A stretch of DNA of 64,000 bases from Eledone cirrhosa (Eukaryota). Within the stretch, counting starts at the first letter, position 1. Each line of letters opens with the position of its first letter. The stretch lies in NCBI GenBank assembly GCA_964016885.1, contig OZ024740.1, positions 201,128,001 to 201,192,000 on the forward strand, given 5' to 3'. The notes under the pieces are model-generated. The model did no database searches, was not told where the DNA came from, and was given only the letters and a program-made list of their open reading frames with translations. The translations under genes were made by a program, and so were the position numbers. This document shows, piece after piece, positions 53,253-64,000 of the stretch.

Positions 53253-53339
<87 letters not shown>

Positions 53340-53342
<3 letters not shown>

Positions 53343-53540
53343 GATACTTGGGGAGGGTCATAATTGTGTAATAATATTGCCAGAATTAATAACAGAACAC
53401 ACTCACTGTTTGGTTGGTTTTCGCTTCTGTGTCTTTTATCGGTTAATTTAATTTATTCGGTCCTCAATGTTGTCATTGACTGACCAGTTATTAATTCTGG
53501 CAATATTATTACACAAATATGACCCTCCCCAAGTACAACA
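53340..53540. repeat. Short fold-back (~50-bp arms) between (TA)n tracts
   Basis: tacttggggagggtcata..tgtgtaataatattgccagaattaataac / gttattaattctggcaatattattacaca..tatgaccctccccaagta. Confidence 0.85.
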
Positions 53541-53570
53541 ATATTGGTTTCGACAAAAACCTCGCAAAAC

Positions 53571-53647
<77 letters not shown>

Positions 53648-53650
<3 letters not shown>

Positions 53651-56362
53651 CGGCGAAGGGTCCGTGCATGCGTTATAGAATCTTTAGTTGATCAATTGCG
53701 TCAGTTGAAGCAAGCAGAATTTTGGCTGCTTACTAAAACGTATAGGCACAACAAAAGATAACACACACACATACGTACACACAAACACATGCACACGACA
53801 GCTTTGGGGCAAGCAGAACTTTGGTTGCTTACTGAAACGTATGGACACAAAAAAGATAACACACACACACTAGATGTGCTTTGACTGGAAGGGTTATTTA
53901 GGGGCGTGCATGTGTCAACGACACGAGGTCCAAACGGGAAGTAGTCAAACTGGCCACTTATTTCACCGACGATTCTAGAATATACACGTGTGGCCTTAGC
54001 TGGGGAATTTTCCTAATTATATAGGTAAAGTTTAAATTTTCCTGATTGAATAGGTAATTTTTTCATTCCAATGCTTTAAATTTTAATTTCAAATATATCA
54101 AATTATTTTTTAAAAAGTTACGCAAAAATTACATTTTCCACATTTTCATTCATCCACATGATGGCAAAAGAGTCAATTAGTTCAGTTCCTTCTCTACTTT
54201 CTCGATCTTTTGCATCAAGAAGCTTTGAAGGGAGAAAGAATATTATAATTCTTGGAAGAGAGAAACTTAAGCTTGAAATTAAGACAAATACGAAAGCAGC
54301 TTCGATTCAGTTACATAATAGAACTGTTGAGAAAAATCGTGATGTATTGAAAAGGTTAATTCATTGTGTTGAAATTTTGGCCTGTCAAGAATTATCAATT
54401 CGAGGACACGATGAAACAGCAGACTCAAACAATAAGGGTAATTTTTTGGCTATATGTGAAGCAGTGGCAGAATACGATGATTGTTTAAGATCGCATTTAG
54501 ATTTCGTGAAGAAAAATGCTAACTGTATATGTTCTGGACTTTCAAGTGATATTCAAAACCAGATCATTAATTGTACAGCTGCTACAATTAATTGTGAAAT
54601 TAAAACAATGATCGAAAAAACATCCTTTGTTGCAGTTATGTTTGATGAGACGATGGATTGTCGAATGAAATCTCAATTATCACGCGTTTTGCGATTTGTA
54701 AATGAGAAAGAACAGCCCCAAGAAAGGTTTTTGGGATACGTCGATGTTAGTAAAGATAGAAGAGCTGCATCGCTCACAGAAGAAGTTCGAAAATTCGTTA
54801 ATGAATTCAATTGTGGTAAAAAATTCATTGCACAAACTTATGATGGAGCGAATGTGATGGCTGGGCGTTTGAACGGAGTGCAAGCAAGAATAAAGGAGAT
54901 TTTTTGTGAAAACGTCATCTTTGTTCATTTTTATGCATATTCACTTAATTTGGTACTATCTCAATCAGTTTCAAGTATTCGTGAATGTCGAATTTTCTTT
55001 CAAACTTTAAAAGGAATTTCATTTTTTTTTTTTTTTTCTAAATCAACAACTCGAATAGCTCTATTGGATGAAATCGTTGGAAGGCGATTTCCAAAATTAC
55101 CTGAGACACGTTGGAATTATTCATCCCCGACAGGTATCTATTTTGTCCAATAAAATTACTGTTTTCTGAGCTATTTTCAACAATGTTAGGAAATCTAGAG
55201 CATTGGAATGCTTCAGAATTAGCACAGGCAAGAGGATTTGTTGCAATCCTCGAAGGTTTTCAATTTAGATTTCTGTTAGTAGTTTTTGAAACCATATTGT
55301 GTGGGTCACAAATTCTGTTTTCGATTCTTCAAAAATATCACTTGATATTTCGAGGTGCATTCATGTTTGAGGAATTTTACTGCCGGGTTCTGGATGATGT
55401 TGCTGAACCACCAGAGAAGAGTGGTCGATATCAAGAACCACAAGGTGCTTTAAGAACTTTGTTTAACAACATTTTGGAGGAAGTTATTGTTCACGTCGAG
55501 CAAAGATTTAAGACAATGGGAGATTTCAAATTTGTTGAATTGGTGAATCCGAAGTTTTTCACGCTTATGAAAGAAAATTTCCGACCGAAGCATTTTCATC
55601 TTTGGATATCTATTCAAACATATTTGATTTGGATGGCTTGAAATGCGAGCTGAAATCAGTTTATGCTACAGATTTTGCAAAGCAAGCGTCAAGCATCCAG
55701 AAAATCGCAGACATTATACTGAACCTTGAACTAAATGAAGCTCTGGCAGAAGTAACAAAATTATTGCACCTAATTCTGACCATACCTGCTACATCTGCTT
55801 CATGTGAGAGATTGTTTTCTTCATTAAAGAGAGTTAATAATTATATGAGGTGTTCTCAAAGTGAAGAGAGATTGAGCAATTTGGTCATAATTTCCATGAA
55901 CAAAGACCTTTTGAAGAAGATGAAGGTAGAGCGAGGTCCTGATACATTTTATAATAAAGTGATCGATGAGTTTGCCAAAAAGAATCGAAGAATTGAACTG
56001 ATTTACAAATGAATTTTAATAAAAGATCCCAATAAGTATGTATACTATTTTAAATATTATTTCAAATTTTTATTATTTACTCATATTTCTGACGTAATCA
56101 ATATCATGACAGGCTTGCTGTTAGGTTGTTATTAAAGGGGAGACATCATGTTTAGTGGAGAGGGGTATCAAGACTGAAGATTAGTCTGTTGGTAGACGGG
56201 CATTTTCTCATTAAAATTAGCTCATATCACATTTACAAATAGTGGAGAGGAGTGAATAATTTTGCGAATGGGGGGGGGGGGGGGGGTAAGGCTGCACAGC
56301 CCAACTTTCCGCCATGGCGATTAGACTGCATGCCCTGCTTTCCAGGTTACCCTTCGCCACTG
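53648..56362 (+). mobile_element. hAT DNA transposon with 14-bp TIRs, inserted in TA-rich sequence
   Basis: CAGCGGCGAAGGGT (53648-53661) and ACCCTTCGCCACTG (56349-56362), with one mismatch. Subterminal direct repeat ~53705-53870. Confidence 0.85.
54158..56012 (+). pseudogene. hAT transposase (DUF4371/ZMYM1-like plus C-terminal dimerisation domain), frameshifted
   Basis: IRGHDE..NKGNF, SSDIQNQII, MFDETMD, ERFLGY, QTYDGANVM, LNLVL, ETRWN, TIPATSASCERLFSSLKRV..R.SQSEERLSNL. Confidence 0.92.
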
Positions 56363-56406
56363 AATATATATAATATAGAGGTTTATATATACATAAACTA
56401 GACAGA

Positions 56407-56454
<48 letters not shown>

Positions 56455-56519
56455 TTTGGGAACCATTCACGGTGTGGCTCAATGACGAATTAATTAATCA
56501 AATAATCAATAATCAGAGC

Positions 56520-56890
56520 AATATATAAGAAAGTAAGTCCATAGAATCATTTGATAAAATATATACAGTATTTCTCCTCCCAATCAGCATAATCAATCAC
56601 ATAAAAAATCAATTAAACGAGGCTATAAGTTTAAAATGTACCTATGAAGAAATAATGGATAAATAAATGATAGCTATTTTTTCCGCGATCAACAGCCACA
56701 GAATATTTACCTAGTATTTCTAATAGAAATACTAGGTAAATATCATTTATCTATTGTTTCTTCATAGGTACATTTTAAACTTATAGCCTCGTTTAATTGA
56801 TTTTTTATGTGGTTGATTATGCTGATTGGGAGGAGAAATACTGTATATATTTTATCAAATGATTCTATGGACTTACTTTCTTATATATAT
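56520..56890. repeat. Fold-back with ~150-bp arms and a central palindrome
   Basis: 56520-56672 is the reverse complement of ~56742-56890. The centre is atatttacctagtatttcta a tagaaatactaggtaaatat. Confidence 0.85.
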
Positions 56891-57464
56891 TTTAAGTAAG
56901 AAGAAATTCAAACACTCATATATGAAAAAACAACCTGAGCGACCCCCCGCCCTCACACTTTGTTTGAAGAACTTTGTAACGCGAACTGGCGCGAAATTTA
57001 TTATACTTATTGACCAACCAATCAAATTACTTCTCTAAAAACCTGGCGTTTCGAGCCACTTTTTTCCATATAAAACAAGTAACATTCAAAGACCAACCAG
57101 ATGTGAGAAAAACCACAAACCCTCCATCTCAACTCTACTTTTGAAAAGCAGAAGAACTGCGAAATTGGTAAAGGAACCAAATAAATATATATATAAATTT
57201 TTAAATAAGACTCCAGTTGCATTTTCGATTTCATCTTTTTTTCCTTTATACTTTCACTCGTGTAGGACACCTCGGTTATTTTTCATTTTGTAAAAAATAC
57301 CTCACTTTCTAATATATATATATATATATATATACACACTTCTCACCTGAACAAGGGCTTATTCCCGAAACGTCGTCCCCCACCAACACCCCACTCTCCA
57401 GAGCGTGAAATTAATAAACATTCGTTGTACTGCCTCTCTGTTTTGTCCCTGTTCAAATTTTTCC

Positions 57465-57526
<62 letters not shown>

Positions 57527-57533
<7 letters not shown>

Positions 57534-57900
57534 ATTAAGTCAAATATGTAAAATTTGGCTTCGTTTGTTATAAATTAAAAAGTTACTGCTATATATATAT
57601 TTCGGTGACAGCCATCAATGGCTGTGACCTCTTCATGCAGTCCGAATTGGTGTGGAAAAGGCAGGTACACATATGTCCAGCTCCTGGGTGTGTTCTTATT
57701 CCTCGGAGGAGCTGGACATATCGATGTTTGACGGAGCAAAACACACTTCAACAACATGTGTACCTATCTTTTCCACACCAATTCGGACTGCTTGAAGAGG
57801 TCACAGCTAATGATGGCCGTCACCGAAATATATATAGCAGAATTTTTTTAATTTATAATAAACGAAACCAAATTTTACATATTTGACTTAATTATTTTAC
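57527..57900. mobile_element. Fold-back element, family J, with HHR-like motifs at 57788-57840 (+) and ~57587-57640 (-)
   Basis: Arms 57527-57675 and 57755-57900. CTGC-TTGAAGA-GGTCACAGC...GCCGTCACC-GAAAT atat ATA-GCAG. Confidence 0.7.
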
Positions 57901-58337
57901 ATTACTCCGGAGTAAACAAACCAACCTGCGTACTTCGTCGAGTCCTCCAATCTGCATACTGAGGTGTCGGTAAACAGCCAACATATACTAAATATATATA
58001 TATATATATACATACATACATAAATGTAATCTGGGTTTTTTGAATATTAATAATAATAATCGATTCGTTTGCAATCATGCAAATAAGCCTCTTTTCAAGC
58101 CATGTCAGTAGAATGAGTCCCCTACATTTATTGTATTCAGCCATGTAGAACGATAACTTTTTTCTTAGTTATTTACATATATATATACATTTATATTTAT
58201 ATATGTTTATCCTGGGTCAATCCTGGGTCAATCGGGGGTAACCACAGTAAGTAAGGTACTCAATACATAGCAGAGTATAATTCCGATGATTTCTCCCAAA
58301 TGAAACAGTTCTAGTCTTCTAGAAGCCATTTCTATAT

Positions 58338-58439
<102 letters not shown>

Positions 58440-59255
58440 GAGAGAGAGAGAGATTACACAAGTATCAAAGTTATGTTTAAAACATTTAATCGCTGACAAT
58501 TGTTTCTTCCAAACTTAAGCTTGGAGTCCTCGGAGCATTATTAATGTTTGTACATATAATTAACCTCCTATTCAACTGAAGAATCATACAGATACATATA
58601 TATTGATGTTGTGGACAACAGTTTCATGTTTACAGGGTGGAATGGATGCGACATATATTATATTATACGAGAATTGTACATAATTCAAATTAAGATTAAA
58701 ATTAAAATTAAAGATTAAAAATTAACATTAAAATTAAAATTAAAAGCAATGGGTGGAATACATGTGACAGATAATACAAGAGAATAGTCTAATAATTAAA
58801 TTAAAGAGATAGCGCATGCGTTAGTCATATATAAAGGAATGGAACAAGCAAATATATCATGCATATATGAGTACTGTATGGCAAGGGATTACATGAAATA
58901 CAAGCACTATAAGCGAATATGTTAGTGTATTATGGTGGGTGCAATGCGATGATATTTTCTGTATAGTTCAAATTTGTATGTGTGTAGAATATGAAAGTTA
59001 CAGATTTCACATCCATTACATGTGTTAAGTTATATCTGTATTGAATGTTTGTTATAGTAATGGATTGTAACTTGGTGCTATTTTATCCATATTTATGGAT
59101 TAGAGTTGTTCTACTGCGAGAATTTTCAAAACCGTTGAAACTGCTCTGTAAAACAACTGATGTTCTTACATTGAGCTATTTCTCTTACTGGTAATAAGGT
59201 AGTAATAAATTACTCACCTTCCCTGTTTATAGTTGTTTATAGTTGTTTATAGTTG

Positions 59256-59295
<40 letters not shown>

Positions 59296-59357
59296 ATGGA
59301 GTAAGGTTCTATACAAATCAGAGGTTATAGAGAAAAATTGGAGTTGGAAATAGCACG

Positions 59358-59558
59358 AAAAATATATTTAAGGATCTGTTTTGTTTTTTTTGTTGTTTTG
59401 GGGGGGTTTTTTTCTTCTTTGATTCGTCAAAGTGACATTATTGAAAAAATAAGAGGAACAATTCTTTTTAAAAAGAAGGAGTTTTATAATGTATATAAAA
59501 TATATAAAATATAACAGGTTTCGATATATCAGTGTAAAGACACAACTACCATCACTAT

Positions 59559-59614
<56 letters not shown>

Positions 59615-59922
59615 TGGGTACCTCTCTATATATATATAAGGTTCCATTTTAGGCCCAGTCTTCGCAACAAGAAAGATGAACAGACTTCTTCAACACTTAA
59701 TTTTAAATGTTTTATTTTAATTCTTTTTAATTCTTTTCAATTGTAATATTCAACATTTGATAAGATAGTATACAATGATATATCGAAACTGGTTATATTT
59801 TATACATTTTATATACATTATAAAATTCCTTTTTTAAAAGAATTGTTCCTCTCATATTTTCAATAATGTCACTTTGACGAATCAAAGAAGAAAAAAGAAA
59901 AACAGATCCTTAAATATATTTA
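59358..59922. mobile_element. Fold-back element, family K, with HHR-like motif at 59752-59799 (+)
   Basis: Arms ~59358-59531 and ~59776-59922. AACAT-TTGATAA-GATA...TATC-GAAAC tg GTT-ATATT. Confidence 0.65.
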
Positions 59923-60009
59923 CCGCTGTAGTAGAGGTGCAATTGGATGGCGTTCACAGGCGGCATGCTGAGATGAACACTCGATGCATTTGGGGAGAAG
60001 AGTACCAAT

Positions 60010-60338
60010 AATAATAAATAGGGAACAAAACAAAGAATCACTATTGCATCATAAACATATTTAAATATATATTACATATGTTTCATTGACGATCAGCTCG
60101 AGGAACGATTGAATTATGTTCGTTCTAGACTCTGGAATCGAACAAAAATAACAAATCACGTGTTTAACAATTCAGCAACATTTGGACTCTACATCCGAGA
60201 ACACATCAATTTCTGATTCCAGAGTCAGGAACGAACATAGTTCTATCGTTCCTCGAGCTGATCAGCAATGAAGCATATGTATTATGCAAATAAATATGTA
60301 TATGATGAACTACTGATTCTTTGTTCCCTATTTATTAT
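60010..60338. repeat. Fold-back with ~130-bp diverged arms; shares gatcagctc.agg..cgat with family H
   Basis: 60010-60139 versus 60214-60338. GAAACATATGTA (stem III-like) is on the minus strand at ~60073-60084. Confidence 0.7.
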
Positions 60339-60487
60339 ATATATATATATGGGTATACACAAATGTATAAATATGTATATATATATGTGTGTGTATGTGT
60401 GTGTTTGTTTGTGTGCGTGTGTGTCCGTGTGTGTCCGTGTGTGTCCGTGTGTGTCCGTGTGTGTCCGTGTGTGTGCGTGCGTGTGTC

Positions 60488-61545
<1,058 letters not shown>

Positions 61546-61723
61546 CATATAGAAATAACTTCTACAAGAGTAGAACAGTTTCATTCGTTAGAAATCGTCA
61601 GAAATGAAACAGTTTTAGTCATATAAAAGTCATTTCTATAATACAATAAATATGCCTATTCTCTATTAACGTATGAGTACCTTTTTTCATGGAGGTCACC
61701 TCCCGTTATACATCGTGCATCCA

Positions 61724-61869
<146 letters not shown>

Positions 61870-62074
61870 TATATATGCAGAGGTTATATTTAATTTGTTG
61901 GGATTCAACAAGCTTAAACTTTTTTTCCGGGTATGTCAATATTTATTTATAAAACAAATCTGTATTTTATCTGATGAAAGCGTACTATACTTTGCCTTGG
62001 TTGCCCTTGAAATATATATAATAAAATAATTATTGTTTTATAAATATAGTTTCCATTTATTAATATATTGTATA

Positions 62075-62214
<140 letters not shown>

Positions 62215-62579
62215 GAGAGAGATGTACATATATATATATATCAGAATGGAAGCGGATCTAGCTGTTGAAACGGCCGGAGCTCAGCCGTCGTCGCAGTTCT
62301 GAATTTTTCCTATACATATATATGTGTGTGTCTGTGTGTGTGTGAGTGTGTGTGTATGTGTGTGTATCTGTGTGTATGCCTGTGTGTGTGTCTGTGTGTG
62401 TCTATGTGTGTATAGTGGACAAAGAGTCAAAAGAAACAAAAAATGAACAGATGACAGAGTACGGCAAAGTTAGAGTATAGTAATTTAACACACAAATACA
62501 TACACTCACAAACACACATACACACACACGCGCAAAAACGCACACACACTCATATACACACACACACACACATGTATGT

Positions 62580-62692
<113 letters not shown>

Positions 62693-63111
62693 TATTAATA
62701 TATATATTATATATTAATATATATATGATATATCAATCTCATGCAACCCATTCTCGATTGTTTTCATGCCTTGCTTTATCTGATTATACAAAAACCTATC
62801 CCTTCTCGTCTGCAACCGTCATTAAGCAATGGAAAATCTGCATCCTTCTTATATTTGTCTTGTAGGTTTTAGATTTTTTTTTTTTTCTACTATCACGCTT
62901 TCCAGTGAACAACTCATTTTATTTATCCATACCTTCTCCGCAGTAGGCATACATTTTTACTATTATATATTATATGTTCCAGTCGGGTTGCTGTATTCTA
63001 CTTGTGTTATTGCCTGCAGCAGATAACTCTGATCAAAGGAACCACCCAATTTACTTCGTTCTGTGTGTAGATTTACAAACACACACTACACGCGCACCAC
63101 ACGTGTATAAC

Positions 63112-63203
<92 letters not shown>

Positions 63204-63395
63204 TTAGTTAAGCAAAACAAGACCACAAATTTCACAAGGAAGACATTATTAAAAGATTATCAACATATTTTAGTTTGATGTAAGTAATGTAGAGAATAAT
63301 AATAATAATAATATTAATAATAATAATGTCCGTTTACAATTGTTTCGCTACTCCATATAATATTTCTGGTTCAAATGACTATATATCATTATTTA

Positions 63396-63585
63396 GGCGG
63401 TGGATTGGCAGTATCGGTAGAGGGTCGGACGCCATGCTTTCCAGCATAGTTATGTCCCTTTGCGATCTGAGTTCAAATCCCGCCGAGGTTGACTTTGCCT
63501 TTCATCCTTACGGGGTCGATAAAATAAAGTACCAGTAATGCACTGGGTAATGTTGGCCTTGTGCCTAAAGTAGAAACAATTATTT
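63396..63585 (+). mobile_element. tRNA-derived SINE (main family)
   Basis: Near-identical to the 18852 copy. Confidence 0.9.
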
Positions 63586-64000
63586 ATCTGGTTCAGTTGA
63601 AAATAATTAACATAGGTAAAGATAGAGCAGCTCATCGGAACTTCAAAAGGAATATAAATTAAAATAAGGAAAGAAAGTTACATAAATGTAATGTTCCATA
63701 TATTGGTATTTTACTATGGTGTCCTGGGTATATCAATTGTCTGCCCTAGTCGAGCAGTATTCTTCTGTCGAGGCTGCATTCTGTGAGATCTCCCTATGGG
63801 TAACAAGATGGCCGCCAATGGACATATTTACCTTACAAATTAGAGGTTGATTTCAGGGGAAGTAACTCCTCGAGAGATTAGAAATTGCGGGTAGTTTATA
63901 GTTAAGTGCTAATTTTTTTATTTTTTTATTGAGAGACAATGTAAGAGAGGTAACTTATAATTATCTAAGTTAGTTATAGCTATTTAACTTATTAGCTACA

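Noticed and set aside
54158-56012. Host ZMYM1-like gene
   Set aside because: It is intronless, frameshifted and bounded by TIRs, so it is a transposase pseudogene.

Overview
AT-rich, microsatellite-saturated eukaryotic DNA with no recognisable host gene. The repeat style suggests an invertebrate, probably a cephalopod such as Octopus (inference). The long [YIHTCVM]-rich ORFs are just translated (TA)n/(CA)n/(CATA)n repeats. All real coding sequence is transposon-derived and mostly disrupted: two Tx1-clade LINEs, one Ty3/Gypsy element, two R4/Dong-type RLE LINEs, RTE LINE fragments with C-terminal C2H2 fingers, Penelope-like element (PLE) fragments and one hAT transposon with TIRs. There are also about 11 copies of a tRNA-derived SINE. 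The most notable signal is non-coding. About 11 sequence families of short elements carry minimal type-I hammerhead ribozyme (HHR) motifs. Several are fully paired, and three families show a compensatory U3-A8 core. They usually sit in fold-back (inverted) or tandem-plus-inverted arrangements, mostly ending in or near (TA)n tracts. Two of the fold-backs enclose the C-terminal tip of a PLE ORF. This points to a dense, TA-associated system of PLEs and retrozyme-like ribozyme elements. All coordinates were read by eye and may be off by a few bases.
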